Assembly: GCF_001194135.2 (NCBI RefSeq)
Contig: NC_068996.1
Span: forward strand, 8,064,304-8,128,303
DNA length: 64,000 bases
Reading direction: 5' to 3'
DNA from: Octopus bimaculoides
Taxonomy: Eukaryota
The notes under the pieces are model-generated. The model was not told the origin of the DNA, did no database searches, and saw nothing but the letters and a program-made list of their open reading frames with translations. Below, piece by piece: positions 23,221 through 35,450 of this stretch; positions within the stretch are counted from its first letter, which is position 1, and each line of letters opens with the position of its first letter. Position numbers and translations under genes: made by a program.

Positions 23221-23302
23221 GCCTATTGTCTTTCTAAATTTGTTTCCTATTTGTTAAACCAAGAAATATGAAAAAGTTTGTAACCCGGATGATGATGGGT
23301 TA

Positions 23303-23697
23303 GGGTGGAGGCGCAATGGCCCAGTGGTTAGGGCAGCAGACTTGTGGTCGTAGGATCGCAGTTTCGATTCCCAGACTGGGTGTTTTGAGTGTTTATTGAG
23401 CGAAAAACACCTAAAGTTCCACGAGGCTCTGGCAGGGGATGGTGGTGAACCCTGCTGTACTCTTTCACCACAAACTTTCTCTCACTCTTTCTTCCTGTTT
23501 CTGTTGTGCCTGTAATTCAAAGGGTCAGCCTTGTCACACTCTATGTCACGCTGAATATCCCCAAGAACTACGTTAAGGGTACACGTGTCTGTGGAGTGCT
23601 CAGCCACTTGCACGTTAATTTCACGAGCAGGCTGTTCCGTTGATCGGATCAACTGGAAACCTTGACGTCGTAAGTGACGGAGTGCCAACAGCAAACA
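23303..23697 (+). mobile_element. tRNA-derived SINE family D, full length
   Basis: A box TGGCCCAGTGG, B-box-like GTTTCGATTCC, ACA-type tail, 9-bp TSD GATGGGTTA (23294-23302; 23698-23706). Confidence 0.85.
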
Positions 23698-24015
23698 GAT
23701 GGGTTAATGGTCAGTGGTTGAGGAGGAAACGGGGGGGGGGGGGATTTCTTGAGCGATGTAGTTCTGGAGATGGTTTGGAGGCAAATATTTAGTAAGTGAT
23801 GTTAGAAGAGGTGTGTTACAGAAATGACTTCACGTGAGAGTGTTATACCTTCCAAGCTGAAAGGAGCAATATGGCAGAGATGTAGAAGGGACACAGGTTG
23901 ATGATGGGCTTTTAGAAGAAGGGACCACTTTGCGCACTTATGCTGAGCAAGCACATTTTTAATGCATTTCATGTGTGCATGTATGTGTTACATTGCTTGT
24001 TGTTGTTGCGTGTGT

Positions 24016-24068
<53 letters not shown>

Positions 24069-24577
24069 NNNNNNNNNNNNNNNNNNNNNNNNNNNNNNNN
24101 NNNNNNNNNNNNNNNNNNNNNNNNNNNNNNNNNNNNNNNNNNNNNNNNNNNNNNNNNNNNNNNNNNNNNNNNNNNNNNNNNNNNNNNNNNNNNNNNNNNN
24201 NNNNNNNNNNNNNNNNNNNNNNNNNNNNNNNNNNNNNNNNNNNNNNNNNNNNNNNNNNNNNNNNNNNNNNNNNNNNNNNNNNNNNNNNNNNNNNNNNNNN
24301 NNNNNNNNNNNNNNNNNNNNNNNNNNNNNNNNNNNNNNNNNNNNNNNNNNNNNNNNNNNNNNNNNNNNNNNNNNNNNNNNNNNNNNNNNNNNNNNNNNNN
24401 NNNNNNNNNNNNNNNNNNNNNNNNNNNNNNNNNNNNNNNNNNNNNNNNNNNNNNNNNNNNNNNNNNNNNNNNNNNNNNNNNNNNNNNNNNNNNNNNNNNN
24501 NNNNNNNNNNNNNNNNNNNNNNNNNNNNNNNNNNNNNNNNNNNNNNNNNNNNNNNNNNNNNNNNNNNNNNNNNNNNN
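24069..24577. other. Assembly gap (N) between (TA)n and (CA)n
   Basis: N run. Confidence 1.
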
Positions 24578-24650
<73 letters not shown>

Positions 24651-24699
24651 TGTAGCAAGGTTCTCCTTAAGTTCATTTTCCACAATACTGCTCAAGAAA

Positions 24700-26400
24700 C
24701 CATCAAATTCAACATGTGAAAATATCAAGTCTGGCTTGCCAAATATTCCAACACAGTTGACTAAATGATAGGCATAAATCCTATCATTGGAAAATTCCTC
24801 ATTGCACAGTCTAACAGGGCAGTTGTAAATTCTTCAAAGTGAAACTCAATTCTTCCTTTGTATTCTGAATAGTGAATGTTGGATTTCAAATCTTGATAAA
24901 CTGAGATGCATGCAGACAGGCATGACACGTACAATTTCTGTAAAGTAATGAAAATTGTCTTTAACTAAAGGCATTGTTTCATGGCAGAAGTCATCAGACA
25001 GAAATCTAAGGTAATAATCCTGACCAAGATAGTTGAGCATTGGTGAGAACACTCCAACCAGCCCCTAAACCAATAGATCTGGCAGCTTTAAGGAAGAATT
25101 GCTTAAAATTCCTATCACCCATCATCTGATAAGTCACTAACCTTTTTTGAGATTAGTGATACCATAAAAATCTTAAGAAATATCCTACCAGAATCACTGA
25201 GGTTTCTGCAAGGAGCAAAGCAAAGTCAACAACCATTGTTATAAGATAGTTTCTGAAGAAATGCAGGAAGTAACATTTGAACCTGTTCATTGCATTTGTG
25301 AATCTTAAAGCCTCTCACAGGAGTACTTTGTAAATTGGTGACATCCTGTGGGATGTTTATTGATCTGACCACATTCAAAGATTTCCTTCAGTATTTCTAC
25401 ATGGGTGATAGTTTGAGTTGTTACTGGAAATTAGAAGTCTTAGCTCTTATCATCATCATCATCATCATTTAATGCCCCCTTTCCGTGCTAGCATGGTTGG
25501 ATGGTTTGACAGGAGCTGTCTTGGCAGAAGACTTTGCTGTCTGTTTTGAAATGGTTTTTATGGGTGGATGCCCTTCCTAACCCCAACCATCCCACAGAAT
25601 GTACTGAGTGCTTTTTATGTTACACCAGCACAGGTGAGATCAGTTTTGCCATGATTTTTTTACAGTTGAATGCCCTATTTTCTGTGGAAAAAAAAAATGT
25701 TCAGCAATATGTATGCTAGCTCCTGTATTGTTTAATGTCTTTAACTGTGTAATCACAATGGTACCCAGAAGGCTGCAAAGAAGAGCAGAAATCACTATTA
25801 ACTTTTTACTCAATGAGAATCTTTTCAACAAGAGGAGTTTGCAGGTTACCACAATCCTCAGAACAGGTCACTAACCGACAGTATGTTGTTGACTGTACAC
25901 TGGAAGCTCTTGAATTATTAACACTTGGCAGTTTGATAGTGTCCAGGAAACAGATCATCTGTCTCTAACACACTTCGCTTCCTTCTCATCCCACTACACT
26001 CTCTGTGTAACTGCAACAAATAGATACACACTCCAAGTTCATATACATCGTCAGTATAATTTCCAGTGGCTGCATATTGGATGATGAGATTCTTAACTAC
26101 CTTGGATTTGATTCTGTAGCCTTGGAAAAACTAAGAGAGCATCTTTCTAAACGACCATTTCAGTCTCCATACCAAAGTTTTTTTTATCTATTTAGTAGTT
26201 GTGTTTCAACTTTCTTGATTTGGTGCAAAATATGAACCACATACAACTGACATGGATGCCTTTAATATACAGTAACTTCAGAAGATCTTTCACATTACCT
26301 GCCATTGAATCTCTATTATACAGGCATCAACTGAGGTGGGTTAGACATAAAGTGTTCTTATCCATCTCACTTCTCTGGAGGGTCAAAGAAGTAGTTCAAG
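24700..26400 (+). mobile_element. Very degenerate RTE LINE remnant (RT to C-terminus)
   Basis: Fragments resembling LQEKC/AFVDL (~25250-25320), YLG-SS-CILDDEI (~26040-26100) and ESLLYRHQLRWVRH (~26310-26350). Interrupted by an RTE-tail repeat at ~25460-25680. Confidence 0.55.
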
Positions 26401-26440
26401 AATCTGCACTTTGTAGAGAAGCAACATCAATCTTTTAAAG

Positions 26441-27181
26441 CAGTGGCTCTTACCTGGGGTCCATACGGTCCCTGAGGCTCCATTTAACAATTTTGGGGGG
26501 TCATCATCATCATCATCATTTAACGTCTGCTTTCCATGCTAGCATGGGTTGGACGATTTGACTGAGGACTGGTGAACCAGATGGCTACACCAGGCTCCAA
26601 TCTGATTTGGCAGAGTTTCTACAGCTGGATGCCCTTCTTAATGCCAACCACTCCGAGAGTGTAGTGGGTGCTTTTATGTGCCATCGGCACGAAGGCCAGA
26701 CAGCTGCTCTGGCAACGATCACGCTCGGATGGTGCTCTTAGCGCTCCACTGGTACAGGTGCCATCATGATCTCGCTTTCGCTTGCCCCAACAGGTCTTTG
26801 CAAGCCAAGTTTAGTGTCCAATGAAGGAGAGGTTGGCATGGGTGCCAGTCGTTGAATTTGGTTCAATTTCAATTTCACTTCACAAGCAGAGTTTAGTGTC
26901 CACACGCAACAAAATAGTAAATTAGGGATCCACAATAATACCCTGAAAAAATTCACTTTAGATGTATGTATCAGTATGTACTGCAAGGAACTGCTAGGTT
27001 TCTATCTCTAATGTTTTACACATTTCAACCTACACAGTTTAATGTGTGAAAAACAAAATAAGAATTTTGAAAGCAGTTTCTATAAAACTAGCTTTTAAAT
27101 ATTGAATGGCTCTTGGAGTCCACCAGAATAAAATAACAATCAAAGGGGTCCATAGATAAAAATAATGGTTGAGAACCCCTG
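26441..27181. mobile_element. hAT MITE containing a nested RTE-tail element
   Basis: Left CAGTGGCTCTTACC, right GGTTGAGAACCCCTG; 8-bp flanks TTTTAAAG/GTTTGAAG (6/8). Confidence 0.7.
26502..26882 (-). mobile_element. RTE-type 3'-tail non-autonomous repeat nested in the hAT MITE
   Basis: Reverse complement collinear with 8200-8676, with the same 5' start AGTGAAAT(T/C)GAAAT. Confidence 0.85.
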
Positions 27182-27429
27182 GTTTGAAGCATCACTACCT
27201 GTTCCTGTAGTTGGAGAGAGAGTGAAGGTACAGAGGAAAAATGCAATCAGCACCAAAAGGTGAAGCGAGAAAAGACACATATGTGTAGAGCTTACACATA
27301 GTCTCTTGATTAAACATTTACCTGTCCTGACTGCAACCGAACTTGCAACTCAAAGATTGGGATAGACAGTCATTGAAGAAGACAAATAAAGATGGTTGTC
27401 AGTGGATTTGATGGGCAATTCTAAGCAAA

Positions 27430-27544
27430 AAGCATGTGTAAATGCATGTGTATGTTAGTGTGTGTCTGTGTCTGTGTACACATGTTTATATGTGTAAATG
27501 TATGTATGTGTACATATGTGTATACATGTGTGTGTATGTATGTA

Positions 27545-27602
<58 letters not shown>

Positions 27603-27770
27603 TACATATATTTACATGTATGCACATGTATATATTTACATGTATGCACATATATTTATATGTATGTGTGTGTGTGTGTATGCATGCATATATTTATGTA
27701 TGTATGCATTTATGTGTGTGTGTGTTTATGCTTATATTTATGTATGTACATATGCATGTGTTTGTGTGTG
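27430..27770. repeat. (TG)/(TA) compound microsatellite
   Basis: Seen directly. Confidence 0.9.
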
Positions 27771-28496
27771 AACTATACTGTAAGAATTTACTTTCTTTCT
27801 CTCATGCATGTAAACCCATACATAGATGGAGAAAGGGGCAAAAAATAAATGAAAATCAAAGTAAAAACTATAGATGTTAAATTCACTGGAAGCAATGACT
27901 TTTTTTTATGGTTGAATGAGTTTTGAAGAACATTAGAAATCATTGGCATTCAAAGAACAGAGGAATAAGAAATCTTTGGATATTGTTATGGAAAATAGAT
28001 TAGGTGATGGTGGTGATGAGAATGGATTCTCTTTTGGTTAGACTCCTCGAACTATGGGTATATCCTAGAATACAGAATTTGGTTTACAATGAAGAGAAAC
28101 AATTTGTATCTTTTTGTAGCACGATGATGTTATGTTTCATCATCATCATCATCATCATTTAACATCTATTTTTCCTTGCTTGCATGGGTTGGAGTAGTTT
28201 ATTTAGGCAGATTTTCATTGGCCGATTCTCTTCCTGTCACCATCCCTCACCTGTTTCCAAGCAAGGTAATATTTCTGTCATGGCCAGGCATGTTCTTGCA
28301 GAATACTCAAAACGAATGACACTGCTTGTATGACAGTGACAATCATTTACAACTATTATATGGTATCGAGTTGAGGTGACATAAGTACATGCCTCCCCAC
28401 ACACACTGACACACCATAAGATTTTAATGGCTATAATCTGATTGATTTTCATAATATTCTTATCATTCTCATTTTATATTATCATCATAATTTGAC

Positions 28497-28705
28497 ATTG
28501 AGCTGGCAGAATTGTTAGCACACCGGGCAAAAATGCTTAGTGGCATTTCGTCTGTCTTTACATTGTGAATTCAGATTTTGCTGTGATTGACTTTGCCTTT
28601 CATCCATTCAAGGTCAATGAAATAAATACCAGTTGAATACTGGAGGTTGATGTAATCGACTTACTACCTTGCCTGAAATGACTGGCCTTGTGCCAGAATT
28701 TGAAA
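28497..28705 (+). mobile_element. tRNA-derived SINE family B
   Basis: GAGCTGGCAGAATTGTTAGCACACCGGGC...GACTTTGCCTTTCATCC. Confidence 0.75.
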
Positions 28706-29611
28706 CCAATATCATCATCATCATCATCATTACTCTACATCTATCTTCTTCCATGCTTGCATGGGTTGGACAAATTTTCTTCAGAAGAACATCTTTTGGT
28801 GTTGTGGTCATTTGTTGTCTTCTTCATTACATCCAGTCTCCTGAGATGAAATTTTAACACTTCTTCCCAAGGTTTCTTTGGTTGCTCTCTATTGCAGGTT
28901 CCTTCTGTTTTGATGGCTGGTCACTTCTTCGTCCATCTGTCAACTTCCATATGCATCACATTAATCCTTCCTTGTGTCATCTGGTTGACTTTTCTGAGAA
29001 GGGCTTACTATTGGTTTAGAAACAGTTTTCTGCAGGTGTTGTATAGGTTGGTTATCCGTCTACTGGTTTACATCATCTCACAACTACCAAGGAGATCTCC
29101 TGTAGTAACGCTTATGCAGATAGTATAAATATGATGGTTGGTGGTAAATAAGACCAATTACATCTTAATTTCAACTTGTGTATATTATTTAGCAGACTAG
29201 AAGGATTGCCCATTTGGTTTTGTGGCCTGTTCATAGGCTATACCGCAGCTGAGGTCATCACCACAATATTTTGAATCTGTTCATTTTCTACCGTTGCTCA
29301 ACACTTAATCACCAAATCTCTCATCTGTACAGAACAACATAGATGACTAATGATTTCACTAACCACATCTTTTGATCTGATTGTTCATCTCTAAGCAGCC
29401 TGTACCTCAACCCTCTGTGAATTTAATGAAAAGTAAATGAGGTCAACACATTTAGTTGGACTGGATGACTCATTTCTTAGGTTTTGTTTGTAGATTGATA
29501 ACATAGAGAAGCTACTTATGGGCAGTAAGAGATTTTGATGTTACCAGATTTTCCCACTGAGAGATAAAATAATGCTATCCATTTTGTGGATAGCATTTAT
29601 TATCATCATCA

Positions 29612-29642
<31 letters not shown>

Positions 29643-29790
29643 ACCTTAATTATTTTTAGACTTTTCATTGAAGATAATCCCCCTCCCCAACTTTTTTTGA
29701 CATTTTTGCTTTCATCTTTGCACTGTCTTTTGTTAAGTGATCTTGTAAATGAATAAAGAATAGTCATTACTGTGGCAAATAAAGAATTGC

Positions 29791-30084
29791 TTATTATTAT
29801 TATTATTATTATTATTATTGATGTCGCACAGTATTCAATATCGTGAGGTTGTTGATTGAAGATATTATGTCTACTGGTGGGGTTTGTACTGTCTGTCAAT
29901 TCACAACAAGGACCTCAGACAGACAGTACTTTACACAATATGTGTGCAGTTCCAAGTAATGCTGATTTTTGCAATACACCTAGGTTGTAGAGTATTTCTA
30001 AAGTTTCCAGATGTTTTTTCAGATTGGGTGGTATTGAATCCAATGCTCTGATGATTCTTGTAGCTGCCACATCTTAGCAATCTC
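29791..30084 (-). mobile_element. R4/Dong-clade non-LTR retrotransposon 3' end (RLE C-terminus) with (TAA)n tail/target
   Basis: Minus strand EIAKMWQL.../IIRALDSIPPNLKKHLETLEILYNLGVLQKSALLGTAHILCKVLSV* (stop 29915-29917), a short UTR, then (AAT)n at 29791-29819. Confidence 0.75.
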
Positions 30085-30085
30085 A

Positions 30086-30400
30086 ATTATTACCTCTACT
30101 TTTGCTTAGGTGGAGATATTGTTTTCAGTCATGTTTGTTTGTTTGTCCATAGACAAGATATCTCAAGAACCACTGGATGGATTTGGATGAAACTTTCAGG
30201 GATATTTGGCCTCATGACTGGCATGAATTGATTAAATTTTGGTATTGATCTGGTACCGGACAATGATTCTGGATTATTTTTCCTGTTTTGAGTCTTGGGC
30301 CATTTTTTATTATTCCTTATGCTGGTTTCTTTAATTGGCTTAAATTTGCGCTGGGATATCACCTTCAAGGGTTTTTGAAGGAGGAATGCATTCTGTTAGT
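30086..30400 (+). mobile_element. Helentron-associated non-autonomous element (HINE/DINE-1-like)
   Basis: 5' TTATTACCTCTAC...GGTGGAGAT stem-loop, (GTTT)n, body ...GATGGATTTGGATGAAACTTTCAGGG..., 3' hairpin CCTTCA...TGAAGG then GGAGG. No TSD seen. Confidence 0.5.
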
Positions 30401-30404
30401 TATG

Positions 30405-30709
30405 ATGACAAGTTTTCTTGTTGATCCAGTCAACAGAACAGCCTGCTCGTGAAATGAATGTGCAAGTGGCTGAGTACTCTGCTGATATGTGTACCCTTAA
30501 AGTAGTTCTCTGGGAGATTCAGCATGACACAGAATGTGACAAGGCTGGCTCTTTCAAATACAGGTACAACTCATTTTTGCTAGTTGAAAGGACTGGAGCA
30601 ATGTGAAATAAAGTGTCTTGCCCAAGGACACAATGTGCTGTAGGGAACTGAACTCACAGCCTTATGATTGTGAGCTAAATACCCCAGCCACTAAACCACA
30701 CGTCTTCAC
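30405..30709 (-). mobile_element. tRNA-derived SINE family E (CORE-like middle, family-D tail)
   Basis: Head GTGAAGACGTGTGGTTTAGTGG...GAGTTCAGTTCC, middle GTGTCCTTGGGCAAGACACTTTATTTCAC, tail identical in type to 23510-23690. Confidence 0.8.
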
Positions 30710-30919
30710 CAAAAGTTTTAAACTGTTAGTCTTGCTCTTCTTCCAGTATTTATCTTTTTTTCTTGTTGGTATTTGTGTATTTATTTCATCAACCTTGGAA
30801 TGATGAAAAGCAAATTGGACCTAGACAGGATTTTGATCTCAGAGTCTAAAAGAATTTAACTAAAAATATACTGAAGGTATTTTGTGTGATGCTTGACTGA
30901 CTTTAACAGGTCAGTCCAA

Positions 30920-31460
30920 TAGATGTGGCTCTGTGGTAAGAAGCCTGCTTCCCAACCACATGGTTTTGGGTTCAGTCCCACTGTGTGGCACCTTGGGAAA
31001 GTGTCTTCTGTAACTTAGAGCTGGTCAAAGCCTTGCGAGTGGATTTGTTAGATGGAAACTGAAAGGAGCCTTTCACATATATCATCATCTTTATACGTCT
31101 GTTTTCCATGCTAGCATGGGTTGGAGTTGGACAGTTTGACCAGAGCTGGCAAGCCAGAGAGCTGCACCATGTTCCAGTTTGATTTGGCTTGGTTTGCCCT
31201 TCCTAACACCAAACACTACAGTATATGTGTGTGCGTGTGTGTTTGTGTCTGTGTTTGTGTCCCCCCCCCCACTGCTTGACTACCAGTGTCGGTATGTTTA
31301 TGCCCCCATAGCTTAGCAATTCAGCAAAAAAGGCCAATGGAATAAATTCCAGGTTTTAAAAAAGAAATAAATAGTGGGATCGATTCATTTAATTAAAAAT
31401 TCTTCAAGATGATGTCTCAGCATAGCCTCTGCCTAATGACTGAAGAAGTCAAAGATAAAA
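30920..31460 (+). mobile_element. SINE family A with an RTE-tail insertion (~31080-31220, minus)
   Basis: Family A head and tail flank a (CAT)n-TTTTCCATGCTAGCATGGG segment. Confidence 0.7.
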
Positions 31461-31774
31461 GATCTAAATGTAACAAAGATCTTGTCATTGTCTCCTCTTA
31501 GTCTCCCTCTCTATCTCTCTCCTCTCTCTGTCTTTGAGGATTGCATAATCTCTTGCTATTTTCCTTAATTTGCTCTTTACTACCAAAATCAATACTGTGG
31601 TTCACTTAACACATTCTAATCAATGTAGCAAACATTCTTAAAAGAATCTAAATGAATCTATTAGTTTTATTGTTCTTAAAATTTTTGCTGATGATCTTTT
31701 TATATTCATTGTACTTATTTATTTATTTATTTAATAATTTATTTATTCTCCAATTAATTATTTTTGTTTTTCCT

Positions 31775-31975
31775 TAAACTGAATGTTGTTTAGCCCTGAG
31801 TCTGGGTAGGAGACTCATGAACAAAAGCACTCCAGCTATGACTGTCCTGCTCTTTTTGTATCTAGGACCACATTGTCCAATGTGCTTTTCAATTTTGAAG
31901 AAGATAGGATGTTGTTTAAGGTAATTTGACTGCTATTTCTCGGATGTTTGATGCATACAGAGTGGCTCCTTTATA
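31775..31975 (+). repeat. Family F repeat
   Basis: GTTGTTTAGCCCTGAG...TAGGACCACATTGTCC...TTTGACTGCTATTTCT. Confidence 0.6.
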
Positions 31976-34069
31976 ACTGAAATTTGTTTTCTTTATCTGT
32001 AGATACATACATACACACACAAACACACACACACACATTGGCACACATACACGCACATACACAACAAAGTCTCAGACAGACAAACACAGCCTCTGTAATG
32101 GACTTAGAGGAAAGTCACTGAAAAGGTTGCAAACAGCAATGAAAGAGCTTCAACAAAAAAAGCAATGCAAAACAAATAAAAACAAAAGTAACAAGTTACT
32201 GTTTAACCAAGTTAAACAAACATTGGATTTGTTAGTTGGATAATAATAATAAAGTAGTAGTATTGAAATAGTGTCTGTTATCCCTTTTGGCATAATGACT
32301 CTCCCTAGACACAATAGAATACCTGTAGATTCTTTCCTTATTTATTGCAGGTCATAGTTATACTAATAGTTGTTTAGTCTCTCTCTTTCACACAATCACG
32401 CATGCACAATGGGCTTCTGTCAGTTTACATCTATCAAATCTGTTGATAGGTCCAAATCTATAGTTGGAGACATATCGTTAGGAAGTGAAGTTGCCATTCA
32501 GGTGGTGATGTGTGTGTGTGTGTGTGTGTGTGTTGTACTGAATAAATTACTGTATTTTGTTTTTCCATGTTTTCCTTAGAGACTTTTTGGAATAGTAAAG
32601 TTCCCAGACCCACCATCACTGTTTCTATATCTTCATGGTCTTGTCTTTAAGATGAAGTGATATTGGTATGTGTTGATGTGTGATTGGTGTAGACATTATC
32701 ACCAGAATTTGAATTTTGACTCTTTCATTTATACATCATCAGTTAGGTGTTAATATTTATGTGGGTCAAGGCTGTGAGCTGGCAGAATTTTTAGCACAGG
32801 AGGGAAAATACTGAGTGGCATGTCATCCTTTTGGGGTCAATGCAATTAACTTACCCCCTACCCCAAAATTGCTGGCCTTGTGCCAAAATTTGAAACCAAT
32901 ATTTGTATGGATCTAGTGTAAGTAATCTGTGTTTATTTTAGCATTGTGATCTGCTGTGAGTATTATTATTCTATACAGTATCAATGTGTTGTTTACTAAT
33001 GTTTTCCTATCAAGTTTTCTTTCATGTGGTTTAGAGCATTGCATTTACTCCTTGTTGTAGCTGCATGGTGAGCCGGCAAGGAAGTGTTGTACATGTATGG
33101 CCATTATAACAAAGGAGTTATGAAGTTTAGTAGTACAGAAACTAGAAATGCTCAATGTTCAGCTGGGGTTCATGAAAGAATTAACTGTCAGATTTGCAGG
33201 TTGTGAGTTCATATCTTGTCACCAGCAGTGTGCACTGCCACAGTATAAGAATGATATGGCAATCACAATCAGCCTCAATATGTATGTGACCAATGAAAGA
33301 GAACAAGTTTTAGTCTGATGAGCAGCACACAAGGATAGATGGTGGAAAAGGGAAAAAAAACATGTTTCCAATAAAGGAAATGTGACAGTAAAGACCCTGG
33401 GGATATTATTGGCCTTGATCTTCTCACAAACTCTGTAACAACCTAATGGAGAATATCATTAGCTGCTGAATGAAAAGTCATTAGCTTTATAATTTTGCTT
33501 TTAGCAGTGTATTGAGGCAAATATCTTGTCATCAAATCTGAAGGCAGGCGACATATTTCATTGTTAGATGTTTGGTTTTGGGAAGGAGAAGCAATTCAGA
33601 AAACAAGTGTTTGCAGAAAAATCAGTCTCAGAGCCCATTGTTGCTGGGAATGTAATGAGCAAAAACAAATGTTAAAACCTATAAACACATATGTAACAAA
33701 TGATAATTAAAATATTGATTATTATTTGTAAGGAAGAAAGGTAGGAGGAGATTGAGACTAAATACATTTCTGATATTAAATAAAAAGGAGAAAGCTCTTC
33801 AGTTTTTGTTAATGATTCTTGTAGCAGTTTTGTTTTCTCTTAATGGAAAAATTCAAAGAGTCTTTCTATATTTAACGAAGAAAAATAATTTAAAATCCAC
33901 TTATTGAAAATTTAATATTAAAGAAACTACGCTTTTAATTCTAACCTAAATATCAAAGCAAGTGCAAGGCTGTTCAATTTTTAGTTTTACTATTAGAATT
34001 TTGTGGTTTAGCCCCAGGTTGGTCCTAAATTAGCAAGGCTTTCTAATTGTGAACATTACTTTGTATATA

Positions 34070-34464
34070 CTCTTTACTCTTTTACTTATTTCAGTCATTT
34101 GACTGCGGCCATGCTGGAGCACCGCTTTTAGTCGAGCAAATCGACCCCAGGACTTATTCTTTGGAAGCCTAGTACTTATTCTATCGGTCTCTTTTTGCCG
34201 AACCGCTAGGTTACGGGGACGTAAACACACCAGCATCGGTTGTCAAGCTAAGATGGGGGGACAAGCACAGACACACAAACACACACACATATATATATAC
34301 ATGTATACGACAGGCTTCTTTCAGTTTCCGTCTACCAAATCCACTCACAAGGCTTTGGTCGGCCTGAGGCTATAGTAGAAGACACTTGCCCAAGGTGCCA
34401 AGCAGTGGGACTGAACCTGGAACCATGTGGTTGGTAAGCAAGCTACTTATCACACAGCCACTCC
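34070..34464 (-). mobile_element. SINE family A, full length, low divergence
   Basis: Complete reverse complement of the 53051-53480 type. Confidence 0.9.
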
Positions 34465-34637
34465 TAGAACAAAATTGTTCAGTATGTTTTATTTTCCCTT
34501 TTTTTTTAAAGTTTGAGAGTGTTCTGGCTTCTTTTTCTAGCAAGTCATGCAATTGCATAGTGCCTCCTTTGTTGGATGGGTAATTTGGTTAAAATGGGTT
34601 TTGTGTTTAAATCAGAATGTTTTTAAAAGTGTAAGTA

Positions 34638-35450
34638 TCAGGTCATCCCATAAGTAATATTTGAATTTTAAATAAGGAAACAAGTGATCAAATGTTACAT
34701 TTTAAGGAAACTTAATCGCAATATAGTTTCCATCATTATCTATGACATCTTTCCATCTACATGTAAGCTTTTCAATCTCATTAGTGGAAAACTTTCAGGT
34801 TCAAAGAGAAGAACTCTGAAAGGTCAGTTTCGACTTCCTCAGTTGTTTTGAGAGTTAATCCATCCAAAAAAGTTCTAGATGGTAATCTGAAGGAGCAAGG
34901 TCTGGGGAATAAGGTGAATGAGCAATTTTCTTCCAGGCAAGTTTCTTGATCTTCTGTGACATGATCTGTGCAGTGTGGGATCTTGCAGTGTTCTGATGAA
35001 ACACCACTCCTTTCGGTTCACTAAAGTAGGCCTTTTTTGCTTCAAAACAGTGTTCAAATGCTCTAATTGCTGACAGTAGATTTGAGCATTGATTGTTGCA
35101 TTAGTTTGTAGCAACTGAAAGTTGATGACTCCTTTGCAATCCCACCAAACAGAGAGAAGAACCTTCTTCACATGGAGTTCCCTTTCTGGTTGTCGTTGGG
35201 CTTTTTCCCCTTCACCAAGCCAATGTCTACGATACTTAACATTTTGATAAAGGACTCATTTTTCATCACTGGTGTCCAAAAAGGGCGAGATGAGTCCATG
35301 AGAATGAAGAGAAGAGCAGACGTCCACTTGGGATTTGTGGTTAGCTTCAGACAAATCACGAGTCACCCATTTTCTGAATTTTGGGACCTTTCCAAATTGT
35401 TAAAGATGATAGTGAACAGTTGTATGGCTTGAATTTGTCTTTATGGTGTT
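34638..35450 (-). mobile_element. mariner (DD34D-type) transposon remnant, 5'-truncated
   Basis: Minus strand TTVHYHL*QFGKVPKFRKWVTRD (WVPHEL motif), DEK-V, KVLLSVWWDCKGVINFQLL, IYCQQLEHLNTVLKQKRP, frameshifted YSPDL region. TIR-like TA|TCAGGTCATCCCATAAGT at ~34636-34655. Confidence 0.88.

Noticed and set aside
23303-23380. tRNA gene
   Set aside because: A/B boxes are present but continue into a SINE body with tail and TSD; the same holds for the other SINE heads.
23940-24768. ORFs spanning N-gaps and (TA)/(CA) repeats (also 27421-27880, 42480-42807, 45129-45464, 47941-48742, 56115-56911)
   Set aside because: Artefacts of stop-free microsatellites and Ns.
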